A stretch of DNA of 64,000 bases, taken from NCBI GenBank assembly GCA_964016885.1, contig CAXHJY010000915.1, positions 35,030-99,029 of the forward strand, read 5' to 3'. Both the position numbers and the translations under genes were made by a program. The notes below the pieces were generated by a model. The model ran no database searches. It saw only the letters and a program-made list of their open reading frames with translations, and had not been told where the DNA came from. Positions within the stretch are counted from its first letter, which is position 1. Each line of letters opens with the position of its first letter. Shown here piece after piece: positions 25,609 through 39,080 of this stretch. This stretch comes from Eledone cirrhosa. Taxonomy: Eukaryota.

Positions 25609-25996
25609 TGGCAGTAGTAGTGTGTGTGTGTGTGTGGGGGGGGGGGTGATAGTGGTGGTGGTGGTGGTCATAGTAGTAGTAGTAGTGGTGGTGGTGGTGG
25701 TTGTGGTGGTTGTGATAGTAGTAGTAGTAGTAGTGGTAGTGATAGTAGTAGTAGTAGTGGTGGTAGTGATAGTAGTAGTGGTGGTGGTGGTGGTACTGAT
25801 AGTGGTGGGGGTGGTGGTGGTTGTGATAGTAGTAGTGGTAGTGGTGGTGGTAGTGATAGTGGTGGTGGTGGTGGTGGTGGTAGTGATAGTAGTAGTAGTG
25901 TGTGTGTGTGGGGGGGTGATAGTGGTGGTGGTGGTCATAGTAGTAGTAGTAGTGGTGGTGGTGGTGGTGGTAGTGGTGGTAGTAGTAGAGGTGGTG

Positions 25997-26028
<32 letters not shown>

Positions 26029-26085
26029 GGTGGTGGTGGTTGTGATAGTAGTAATAGTTGTAGTGGTAGTCGTAGTGGTAGTGGC
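25609..26085. repeat. (GTA/GTG)n trinucleotide array
   Basis: Directly visible; source of the poly-T/V/G-S ORFs. Confidence 0.95.
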
Positions 26086-26265
26086 GATTCTTTCCTAAGA
26101 CATTCTTATCACATGCTGATAATATATGATCTTCTCCTTCTTCTTCTTCTCCTCCTCCTTCTTCTCGGGGGGGGGGGGCAGTCCCCAAACGCTCCTTCCA
26201 GCAGGTCCTATCAGAAGCAACCGTTCCAGCTGATCCAGCTGGATCCCCCCAAGCGAGACCAGCCA

Positions 26266-26303
<38 letters not shown>

Positions 26304-26362
26304 CGCACACACACGCACACACGCACACACACACACGCACACACGCACACACGCACACACGC

Positions 26363-26406
<44 letters not shown>

Positions 26407-26509
26407 GCACACGCACACACACACACGCACACACACACACACACACACACACGCACGCACACACACGCACGCACACACACACACACACACACACACGCAC
26501 GCACACACA

Positions 26510-26560
<51 letters not shown>

Positions 26561-26657
26561 ATAATCGTCGATTTGTATGGAATTTTACCTCCTTATTCAA
26601 TATACATACACACATACATACATACATACACACATACACACATACACACATACACAC

Positions 26658-27267
26658 ATGGTGGCTGCCAACTCGTCTTCGAGTATGGCCACTACTTTAT
26701 ATCCATGTAGGAGAACCCCTACCGATGCGCTGAACGAGTGTGACTTTTTAGTCCAGCCAGCGACTTGAAAACTCTGGTACAAACACTACACTTGTGACAA
26801 TTATTGACACATAGTGCTGGGCCCATGGTACCATGTGACGACAAGTGCAGAGAGATCTCCAGATATAAAGCAATGCCTGTGCTGTGAAGCTTTTATAGTG
26901 AGCAAAGGCACTGCACAAAGCCAGTCCCACTCTCTTAACCAAGATGATATTTACCAAAAAGAAGAACAAGTCAACATCATTGGATACCATCAGGGTTGCA
27001 GGTGTTATATCAGAGTTTTCCTTCTCCTAGAATTCTGCCTTGACAAAGGCTAAGGGGTCATCTCTCCCAGTGATTTTGGATGGCCATTGACTCTTAAGAG
27101 CTCCTTTGCCCTTTGACAGGTTTTGTTTTTAGTCCTGCAGGATGTCCAAAGTCACCCTCCTCACCAAGAAACCTTGGCGGGGTTGCCAGTTTAGTCGCCA
27201 ACGACCCGACCATGAGACAGGTTGTACTGGGATACATGTTACCAGTAGCACCAACTGGTGACCTGAC
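26658..27267 (-). mobile_element. Bipartite RTE-derived element, full copy
   Basis: Reverse complement of 21271-21880 with few substitutions; flanked by (CATA)n. Confidence 0.85.
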
Positions 27268-27724
27268 ATACATACATACACACATACATACATTTCACAT
27301 CTGCACCAGGAAATAACTACCCGCTTGTACCTCCCTCCATAGATCTATGTAGGTATTCAATAAATTAGTTTTTACATTACCGGGGCAGTGGAAGCATTTC
27401 TAAATGGGGAAGGGGGCAAATTAAGTGAATTTAGTTGTAGTGGTTAATTTAGCTGTTATCAAATATTGGCCAAGACATAAAAAACTGATATGCGATTAAA
27501 CATAACATGTACATAAATTGTAGCACATATACAAATAGATATGTTTTGGTGGTTAATGGAACAGTAAAAATATGTAAAACATTCCAAAAATTTTGCATCT
27601 AATAACTGCATATACACATGTACAGATACAAAGCATATACACATGCACACATACAACTGAAAACATACACATCCACACATGCAATAACATCCATATCTAC
27701 ACATGCATGCATACATACATACAT

Positions 27725-30010
27725 CGCGGTGGAATTTATCGTGACGATGGACTCTTTACTATCTTAAATTGCAATATAGTTAACCTTAATATTATTAAGA
27801 ACAATATACGTAATCTCTTTAACCAACATAACCTAAAAATTGAATTTGATAACAGTATCAAACTAGCTAATTTCTTGGATGTATCTCTTAATCTTGACAC
27901 TGGCCTATATTACCTTTACCATAAAAACAATGAGAACCTAAATTATGTTAACTTTAAATCTAACCATCCTACTAATATCAAGAATGCTATAGTTAGTAAT
28001 ATTGGAAAAAGAATATCTAACCTATCTTCTAATAAAAACATCTTTGATGCTAACGCCAATTACTATAATAACGCGCTTTCTAAAGCCGGTTATCCTGATA
28101 AAATCAAATATAGTAAAGAAACAAATTCTAGAAGAACTTACAGTAGAATAATTAATCATGATCATTCCAATAACTTTAATAAAAGACCTAGATACAAAAA
28201 CATAATCTGGTATAATGCTCCTTTCTCCATGTCTATTAATAACAATATTCCTAAATTATTCTTTAGTGCCTTAAATAAATGCTTCCCTCCCTCACATATC
28301 TATAGTAAAATATTTAACAAACACACCATACAATTTTCTTATTCTACATCCTCCAACATCTCCAACATTATCTCTAAACACAACAATAAAATACTAAATA
28401 CTAAATCTCTTCCTTCCAACACTGAATTTCATAATAATAGTAATAGTACTCCCGACGTCATTGTAAACCCTAGGCTAATTTCTGCAAACCCAAATACAAC
28501 GTCAAACACAACTTCGCTAAATGTTCATAATCCAACTCTAAATCAAGAAACTATTATTCCTATCGCAAACAACTTCTCCAATCCAATTCCTTCTATAGAT
28601 AACACTAGGTCACTCATTAATAATCTCTCTAATTGCAATTGCAATTGCCCTATTAAAAATAAATGTCCTCTCAACAACCATTGTCTTGATAAAAACTTAA
28701 TTTATGAATGTAAAGTTATAACTAACACCAATTCCTTCACCTATTTTGGCTCCACTTCCACCTCTTTTAAAGCTCGTCTCTATAATCATCATTCATATTT
28801 TAAATACAAACTTAAAAGAACCAACACGGCTCTCTCGGAACTCATATGGCCCTTGAAAGACAAAAACATTAAATATACCATCTTTTGGAAGAAGGTCTCT
28901 TCTGCGTCTTTATATTTGAACAGCTCTCTATCTAAAATCTGCAATCTCTGCCTAAATGACAAATTTACCATTATCTCTAATCTAGATTCTATAATAAATA
29001 GACGAACTGACTTGTTTTCTATCTGCTTGCATAAATTCCATAAAACATTTCACAAAGTATACAGCTAATATTCAATTCTTTATCAATTTAGAATCTTTTT
29101 CTCAAAGGCACATATACATACACCTCTTTTAAAATATACCCATCTTCCTACCTTATTTCAAAGGGTATTATACACTCTATAATACTTGTTTACTCATTAC
29201 CCTCACTCTATTTTCACCTTGTAAAATCCTTCGTAACATATACATTTGTTTTGACGCCAGATTATTCATCCTTAATTCATTATTTTTTTCTCCCTATCAT
29301 CTAACTCATTCTCAATACATATTAACTCTTTCTTCGCACATATTATCAATTCCTTCAATATACAAACCTTAACTTCACATTATTTTTTCTCAAATCCTTC
29401 AATACACAAACCTTAATTTTTTCTCTTCGTTAATTTTCAGATTTCCACAATACTTGTAAACATACACACTTTTTTTTGACGTTAGAATATTCATCCGCAA
29501 TTCATTATTCTATTCTCTCTATCATCAAACTCATTATTCTAAATACATATTAACTCCCTCTCCTTCGTCGCACATATTTTTCCCTTCGTTAATTTTCAAA
29601 TTCTTTTAATTTATACATTATCTTCCAACGGTTTTCAACCTCTCTATGTAAAACGATATATCTTTCTCAGTTATAAAAACTATCTCTCTCTCTCTATCAC
29701 CCATCTCTCCTCCTATCTCATCCTTCCTCATTATATTCCTCCCTCTCATCTCACCTTCACTCTCATCTCCTCCTCTTTTTTTCACCCCCCCCCTCTAAAT
29801 AAAATATTTTTCCCAATATCACACATCGATCTAAAACTACTTCTCATATGTTGATTTAAAACTGCACTATCCACAAGTGTTTTTTAGCCTTCATATCATG
29901 TCCTCCTGTTTTATCTGATGAAAACACAAATATTATTGCATGATGATGTTTGTTTTTGAAATGCGCATAATAAAATACATGGAACTCCTTTAACCATCTT
30001 TTGTTCTTAT
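27725..30010 (+). mobile_element. 5'-truncated Penelope-like retroelement (C-terminal GIY-YIG type) with 3' UTR/pseudo-LTR
   Basis: Open frame to 29068: GIYRDDGL RT catalytic motif, NFLDV..L primer grip, YVNFKSNHP thumb, CNC..CPL..C, LIYECKV..YFGST..KARLYNH GIY-YIG, CNLC; hammerhead at the 3' end; ends in (TA)n. Confidence 0.9.
29909..29975 (+). ncRNA. Hammerhead ribozyme motif in the Penelope-like pseudo-LTR
   Basis: UUUUAU-CUGAUGA-long stem II-GAAAU-GCGC-AUA-AUAAAA; AUGCGCAU palindromic stem III. Confidence 0.85.
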
Positions 30011-30019
30011 ATATATATG

Positions 30020-30074
<55 letters not shown>

Positions 30075-30115
30075 GTACACGTACATACATATATGTATAC
30101 AGACGTACAGTAGCA

Positions 30116-30161
<46 letters not shown>

Positions 30162-30309
30162 CAGGTACACATACATATATGCACGCATCAGTTTAGCGGA
30201 CGCTTATTATAACGCCGCTTTGTTCGTTTGTAAACAAACTGAACAGCCTGAATTTATGCCATACGGTGTTAAGGCAACCACGTCATATATGTATGTGTAC
30301 CTGTATGTA

Positions 30310-30385
<76 letters not shown>

Positions 30386-30498
30386 TGCTACTGTACGTCT
30401 GTATACATATATGTATGTACGTATACATACATACTTACATTTAAGTAAGTGCCATACTAAGAGTGAGAAATGAAATTTCGTTTTCATTTTTTTCAACT

Positions 30499-30532
<34 letters not shown>

Positions 30533-30801
30533 ATGTTTTTACATTCATATGAATTATTGATTTATTGATATTTTATCTGAGTGACCCGAATCTTCCTGAT
30601 CGTTATTTTTCGGCTGCACGGGTGATTTTAGGCATAATCTTTGTGTGTTGCTATCTTAACGATAGTTATAGCTCTGATTTATCTGAATTATTGATCCCTC
30701 TGCCACTCATGTCGGATTTTGTTTATCGTAAATTCGTGAGCTGATTTTCCGATACTCGATTATTTTATTATATATGTATATTATTTTATTATATATGTAT
30801 A

Positions 30802-30886
<85 letters not shown>

Positions 30887-30958
30887 GAAAGGTATAGAAA
30901 ACATTGTCGCAAGAAGCCAATATATATATATATATGTATATGTGTGTGTGTGTGTGTG

Positions 30959-31003
<45 letters not shown>

Positions 31004-31014
31004 GTATATATATG

Positions 31015-31051
<37 letters not shown>

Positions 31052-31060
31052 GTATATATG

Positions 31061-31161
<101 letters not shown>

Positions 31162-31170
31162 GTATATATG

Positions 31171-31256
<86 letters not shown>

Positions 31257-31544
31257 TTCACACACACACACAGGGTGCCCCCCCCCCCCCAATATATACA
31301 CACTTCAACATTCCAATAAATATTGCCTGTACAGGTGATCAAAGTGTGTATACATTTTTTGAGAGAGGGAGGGGGTAGAAAGAGAGAGAGGTGGGGAAGG
31401 GGGCCTGTAAGGTGGGTCACAGGACACCTGAGGAGAAAAAGAGAGGGAGAGAAGAATGTGGCGGCGGCGGCGGGGTGGACAATTGCGCGTGTGAAATTCC
31501 CTTTGTTTTATAACTCTCTCTTCTCCTCTCATACTATATCATTT

Positions 31545-31577
<33 letters not shown>

Positions 31578-31848
31578 CTTTGTACCTCTCCGCTCCATCT
31601 ACTCAGCCTTTCCCCCCTCCTCCCCTCTCTTTCCTACTCTTACTACTCCTCCCTTTGATCCCTCTCTGCATGGCGTGATTGTATGATCATAACATTTAAT
31701 ATTTATAACTTCACGTTAGTTTTCACTAAAATCTATCGCACACTTGGTTGTCCTACCTACCTACAGCTCAAACCGGACATTCGTTGCCTGAATAAACAGT
31801 CTTTCTTTTTTACAATCCTTCTTTATACGTATATACACTCACACACAC

Positions 31849-31883
<35 letters not shown>

Positions 31884-32032
31884 TTTATATATATACACAC
31901 GTTTTGGATAGTACAACTTAAGTGTTTTTGGTTTATTTTGTTCCATGCTATAAGTACGCGGCGTTAGCAACAAGTAAATCTGTGTTTGGAAAGGAACTCC
32001 TCAAGCATACAATATATCAATATATATTAAAA

Positions 32033-32063
<31 letters not shown>

Positions 32064-32464
32064 TATACACTCTGGATATACCTATTTGTGGATATAAATA
32101 TATTTTCATTCATTATCACCTTTGATTAAACTCGACGATACCGAAGCAAGGATTTCTTCGAATCTCAACAAACCTATCTGCTACATAACCGGTTTTCACA
32201 TTGTTATGATTTACTACATTACGGAATATATATAAGGTATATATATATATATATATGCATATATAGACATCTATATTTTGTTGATGTTTAAAATATTAAC
32301 CTCATTTTTCTTTGTTCTGTTTTTCGCCCTATTGAATTTTTCCTAAATAATATTATTTTGTAAAGCTTATTCCTGAGAGGGTCGTGGAGATAGACCTCAA
32401 ACATTCCTTCTGTCGGGTCCTGTCAGAAGCAGGCGTCTCCAAATGATATATATATATATATATA

Positions 32465-32657
32465 GGGACGAGTAGGACCCCGACGGCTGAGCTCAAGCCC
32501 TTTCGACGGCTAATTCTGGACGTCCAGAATTAGCCGTCGAAAGGGCTTGAGCTCAGCCGTCGGGGCCCTACTCGTTCCCATTACCCACTCTACTACCCTA
32601 AGTATTGAGTACTTTGGTGCGTTATGGTCCACCTGGTTCCTTACCACATTTCCTTCG

Positions 32658-32660
<3 letters not shown>
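32465..32660 (+). mobile_element. Fold-back mini-element of the GACGGC family with a hammerhead 3' half
   Basis: Near-perfect palindrome centred on CTGGACGTCCAG; carries GAAA(C/G)GGC-TTGAGCTCA-GCCGTC; related pieces at 15912-16080, 18439-18488, 22110-22220, 35855-36210, 36680-36755 and 39079-39338. Confidence 0.7.
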
Positions 32661-32689
<29 letters not shown>

Positions 32690-32691
<2 letters not shown>

Positions 32692-32971
32692 TTGGGCTTC
32701 CTATTCGGAAATTGAGGAAATTGAAGGTGAGATTTGCCTTCATGATGTTGTGGTGCACGAACGGGACTTTATAGATCCTGCGGACCCTGATGTGCACACA
32801 CAGCTCATAGAGAACACATGGAGCCGTGCAAAGAAGGAACTTCGTCGCCAGCATGGTACCGGCAGTGCTTTATTACATACATATATAGGTGAATTTCTTT
32901 GGCGGCAGAGAGTTGGGGCCAACAAGTTTGGCGAAATGATAAACTGTATTGCAGTTATTTATATGGTGTAG
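32690..32971 (+). pseudogene. Merlin/IS1595-family (ISXO2-like) transposase C-terminal fragment
   Basis: HDVVVHERDFIDPADPDVHTQLIENTWSRAK..LHTYIGEFLWR resembles the H..V.H...F.DP...HTQ.IE..W...K....Y..EF.WR pattern. Confidence 0.8.
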
Positions 32972-33286
32972 TAAACATTTAAACGTCGCGGATAATTAGA
33001 TAAGTAAATAAACGTTTATTGCATATAAAATAATGTTATATGCAATAAACGTTTCTTTACTTTCATTATCCGCGACGTTTCCTTTAAACACACACACACA
33101 CAAAATGTAAATAATCTATCGAAAATTGTTTGTTTTTATATTTTTTACACGACTGTATGTAAAATCCCCGGCATGTCTTTGTATTGTCCCCTTTCTTGTT
33201 GCGCCCTTGTGGCTAATAAAGAAATCAATCTATCGAAAATGAAAATAAATTTACTTTCATTCTTGACACCGCTAATAGTAAGGGAC

Positions 33287-33358
<72 letters not shown>

Positions 33359-33375
33359 ATATGTATATATATATG

Positions 33376-33408
<33 letters not shown>

Positions 33409-33479
33409 GTGTATATGTATATATATATGTATATATATATATATGTATATATATATATGTGTATATGTATATATATATG

Positions 33480-33543
<64 letters not shown>

Positions 33544-33757
33544 CACACACAGTCTGTTTGCTTTTTACGTGAATTCGCCTTAACGCGTCCTTGAAAAAAT
33601 ATTAAATATTAACTTTGCGCGAATAACGCGCTGTGCCACGTGTGGTTTATAATTTTTTTATTTATCAAAAATACGCGATTTGAATTATGCGAATTTGCTT
33701 TTCGCGCCGCGTTCTCGAAAATCGCAAGGTCCTCAGATACGGCTTAATTCTATGAAG

Positions 33758-34825
<1,068 letters not shown>

Positions 34826-35152
34826 AGGGCAGCATTTAATTCCTTTGTAGAGAAGTATTTATTTACCGAGCGCATGTCATGTTTCTTCAGACCTGTCACC
34901 TCTCCTCGTCCGATGAGGAGACATGCAATAGCCTTTGAAGTGGGCGAGAGATGTCTTCTCTTGTGAAAATGGTTATAGCTTTCATTATATAAAATCTCCC
35001 TATTTAGCCCCCACCCCCCACCCCGTTTCGGGCATTTTTTTTTTTTTCAAGGTGCTTCTTGTAAGGGTTATTAAAGGTTGGCAAGTCTGGTGTTCTAATA
35101 CGAAGGTATGAAAATCGTAAAGAAGTTTCATATTTAGAGAAAGTGTAAGGGC

Positions 35153-35352
35153 TGTGGATTGGCAGTATCGGTAGAGCGTCGGACACCATGCTTTGCAGCA
35201 TAGAGTTACGCTCCTTTATGATCTGAGTTCAAATCCCGCCGAGGTTAACTTTGCCTTTCATCCTTACGGGGTCGATAAAATAAAGTACCAGAAATGCACT
35301 GGGGTCGATTTAATCGACTTTACCCCCCCCCCCCCCCCCAAATTGCTGGCCT
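35153..35352 (+). mobile_element. SINE family A, full-length reference copy
   Basis: A-box TGGCAGTATCGG, B-box GAGTTCAAATCC, body and GGGGTCGATTTAATCGAC hairpin. Confidence 0.85.
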
Positions 35353-35511
35353 TATAAGAAATCATATTTAGAGAAAGTGTTAAATATTATGGAAGGCTAG
35401 ATATGTAATAATTTTTTAAACTGGATAAATTATCTAATGGTAGTTTGACTAGTATACTCAACACTTATATTTTGGCTTGAATGCTTTATACGAGTATAGT
35501 TACATACATAC

Positions 35512-35599
<88 letters not shown>

Positions 35600-35969
35600 G
35601 GTATAAACCAAAGTTTTAGTTGTCGTACAGCAAGTACTATTCGATTTGTTTGATAGATCGAATAGATCGAAAGATAAAAACATTAGGTCCAGAGAAAACA
35701 ACAGTTTTAAAGTGTGACACCAAGAGACTGGCTATACATATGTCACACGACGATAGATACAGAAAGGTTTAAACTATCCTGGACAATATCTGATTGATTA
35801 AAATCGATATATCGATAAAAATCTCAGATAGGTTTCTGGGATATCTATATATCAGTGAGGGTGTGGTAAGATACCAGGTGAACCATAACCGACTAGGATA
35901 CACGGATCTAACTATCGAATCTAGCTGTCGAAATGGCCGGAGCTCAGCGGTCGGTGTCCCGAATCATTT

Positions 35970-36031
<62 letters not shown>

Positions 36032-36209
36032 CGAAGGAAGTGTGGTAAGGAACCAGGGGGACCATAACGCACCAAATACTGGGTAGTAGAGTGGGTAATA
36101 GGAAAAAAGTCAGGACCCCGACGGCTGAGCTCCGGCCGTTTCGACAGCTAGTATCGATAGTTAGATCCGAGTATTCTAGTCGGTTATGGTCCACCTGGTA
36201 TCTTACCAC

Positions 36210-36575
36210 AAATAGTAGAAAGGAAAAAGATATTTTCTGTAGACAATGTTGAAGAGATATTGTTGGTGAAATTTCAAAGTATTAATTTATTTACAATACC
36301 GGTTTCAGCATTAAATGCATTTTCAATTGCGGGTATGCAGAATATAAAGTTACATATTTTCTTCCCCTATCTATATATATATATATATATTTTTGTTATT
36401 ATCATTATTTTTCACTATTTGTACAAATATGCAACAATATTCTGCATACCCGCAATTGAAAATGCATTTAATGCTGAAACCGGCATTGTAAATAAATTAA
36501 TACTTTGAAATTTCACCAAAAATATCTCTTCAACATTGTCTACAGAAAATATCTTTTTCCTTTCTACTATTTTTT
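36210..36575. mobile_element. Fold-back element with two inverted U3-A8 hammerhead motifs
   Basis: About 135-bp inverted arms; GCAA-UUGAAAA-UGCAUU-U-AAUGCU-GAAAC-CG-GUA-UUGU on minus (36293-36330); the plus copy (36452-36489) has GCA at the cleavage triplet. Confidence 0.7.
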
Positions 36576-36759
36576 TAATATATATATATATATCAACTCG
36601 TGTGCTACCTTTCTCTATTCGATATATATATATGGATGCAGTAAAACCCTGTTTCATTCATAATTCACTATAGTACTCGATACTAACCCACTCTACTACC
36701 CTTAGTATTGAGTGCTCTGGTGTTTTATGGTCCGCCTGGTATTTTACCACACCCTTTTT

Positions 36760-36811
<52 letters not shown>

Positions 36812-36963
36812 TTGACACGCACACACACACTATCAGACGAAAAGGACAGCGAGAGAGAAATAATTTTGACATTTTTTGTCTACTGATTTTTAAAATATAT
36901 TTTTTTAAATTATTTAATTAATAGTTATATATATATTTTCTCGTTCCAGTTAAACCCAGTATT

Positions 36964-37536
36964 ATGACGTTAGAAAAATGTCTGTCTAAGAAGGCGGAAG
37001 CCGAGAGTGATATACGTGAAATAGCCACAGCTGTGATGGCGTTGATGAGACGCGATGAACCGAAGTTGATTCGACAGTTGAGACGGTTGATCAAGCGTGA
37101 CAGCCATTTGGCCTGTCGCGTCTTCTCCACCGACATCGAAGGATGGACACCAATCCACGCGTGCGCACTGCGCGGCTCACGTCGTCTACTCAAGCTGATG
37201 TTACGAGCTAAAGTTGACATAAACATCCTAATGGGATGTCCCACCGGTCTAGCCGCACACTGCTCTCTTTTACACATCGTCGCTCATCGTGGTGACCCGA
37301 AAATCACTGAACTTCTAGTGTCGCGAGGTATTTCGTTAAATGCTAAAGACTCGACAGGAAGAACTGCCATCAAATACGCATCCGAAGCTTGTCATACACA
37401 CATAGTTCGGTATTTAACGAGAAAAGGAGCTGATACAACGAATATCGCCATTAAAGACGTTTTTAAAATGGACTGCATTACACCACAGCCGAAACTGACC
37501 AAGTTCTGTTTTCTGCCAGTAAAATGTACAACATGA
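36964..37536 (+). CDS. Ankyrin-repeat protein (about 3 repeats), single coding exon or last exon
   Basis: GWTPIHACALRG..LL, SLLHIVAHRGD..LLVSRG...NAKD, GRTAIKYA..GAD; acceptor TTTTCTCGTTCCAG just upstream; GC content higher than the flanks. Confidence 0.85.
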   Translation: MTLEKCLSKKAEAESDIREIATAVMALMRRDEPKLIRQLRRLIKRDSHLACRVFSTDIEGWTPIHACALRGSRRLLKLMLRAKVDINILMGCPTGLAAHCSLLHIVAHRGDPKITELLVSRGISLNAKDSTGRTAIKYASEACHTHIVRYLTRKGADTTNIAIKDVFKMDCITPQPKLTKFCFLPVKCTT

Positions 37537-37669
37537 GTACCAGCTAAACAACAACAAAATGGATGTATGTGTGTACGTGTATATGTGTGTGAATGTGAGT
37601 GTGTGTGTGTGTCTCTCTCCCTCTCTCTCTATATGCGTGTATGTTTCTCTGTGTGTATAAATGTATGTG

Positions 37670-37746
<77 letters not shown>

Positions 37747-38324
37747 GAGTGTGTATTGTCCCCTTTTCTTGTGCGCCCTTGTGGCTAATAAAGAAATATA
37801 TCTATCTGTATGAGTGTGTATGTGTATGCATGTATATGAGTATGTGTGTGTGTGTGCTTTCATATCAAGAACTATTTAAAATTATAAAATAACATTTGAA
37901 ACACTAACAACCAGACTTCATTAGCTGGTTAACACATATCTGTTCCCTAAGATATGACTGGTACCACCCATTTTCTTACGCAAAGTTTTTTTGCTATTAT
38001 TTTTATTTTTGTTTGGTTTTCTTTTTGTCATTTTTTTTTTTTTTTACATTTTATTTATTCTATTGTTTGTTTTTCTGTGTGTATCTGCTGATCTACATTT
38101 ACACCAACTTTAAAACATATCTCAAGGAAAACTGATAAATCCATTTGGACAAATAACTAATCTACACGAGAACACATTCACTTGCACACATTAGCAGCAG
38201 TACTGACATAGCGTGTTTCATAATAGAGGTGTATGTATGTATGGTCCCGTAGGGACGCCATATTGACATACAGCGTTTCTTCAGCATTCTTAAGCCTGGC
38301 GGAGCCCATCCCTCTCCAGGCCTG

Positions 38325-38468
38325 GTACTTTTTTTTTTTTATTGATCTTGGAAGGATGAAAGGTAAAGTCGACGTTGGTGGGATTTGAACTCAGACAGCA
38401 GAGAGCCGGAACGAATAGCACAAAGCATTCTATTCGACGCTCTAACGACTCCACCAATTTGCCACCTT
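38325..38468 (-). mobile_element. SINE family A, diverged copy
   Basis: GGAAGGATGAAAGGTAAAGTCGAC..GGGATTTGAACTCAG. Confidence 0.65.
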
Positions 38469-38590
38469 CATTGAGGTGTATACAAACGCCTATATGATAT
38501 GTTTCTGTACAATAAACATATATAAGTCTCGCTATGAATGTTTTAAGTTGTGATAATGTATGTCACAGCTATTTCAGTAACTGTCTGAGA

Positions 38591-38637
38591 ACGCCAGACT
38601 CTAGAGTTTCAGAGTGTTTATCCATCATCAGTGATGC
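38591..38637 (-). ncRNA. Type I hammerhead motif
   Basis: Minus: GCAUCA-CUGAUGA-UGGA..UCU-GAAAC-UCUAGA-GUC-UGGCGU; ACUCUAGAGU palindrome; stem I imperfect. Confidence 0.65.
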
Positions 38638-39037
38638 TTACCTGCACGTTACTGAGACAAAAATAAACTGTACCTTATATAATTTTTGTGTGTAAAACAT
38701 TTGCATGTAATGCGAGGATTCCCAAGATGGAGGCATATACGATATATTTATGCATAATAACCATATATAAGACTCGCTATGAACATACAAATATAAACTG
38801 ACACACAGACACGAGGGTATTGGTAGAAAGCATCGCTGTGGAGTGGAATGTGAAACGACACACTTGCTTAACCACACAACCATTGCTCTACTATTATGTT
38901 CTTCTACTGTTGAGCAACAACAACGCTTTGGTCCATTCCACCTCTTTCACATACGTCACAATGATTCGGGTGTGTGTGTTTTTTGTACCAAATATAATAT
39001 GAAACTTTAAGTAACATTTCTTGACAGACTCTACATA

Positions 39038-39080
<43 letters not shown>

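Noticed and set aside
25574-26733. Long Gly/Ser-, His/Tyr- or Thr-rich ORFs resembling structural proteins
   Set aside because: They come from a (GTA/GTG)n array joined to (CA)n and TE sequence, and several frames are open.
32368-32410. Further hammerhead-like strings (here and at about 1996-2035, 34905-34975, 45735-45775 and 50295-50335)
   Set aside because: Core nucleotides or closing stems are missing; too degenerate to call.
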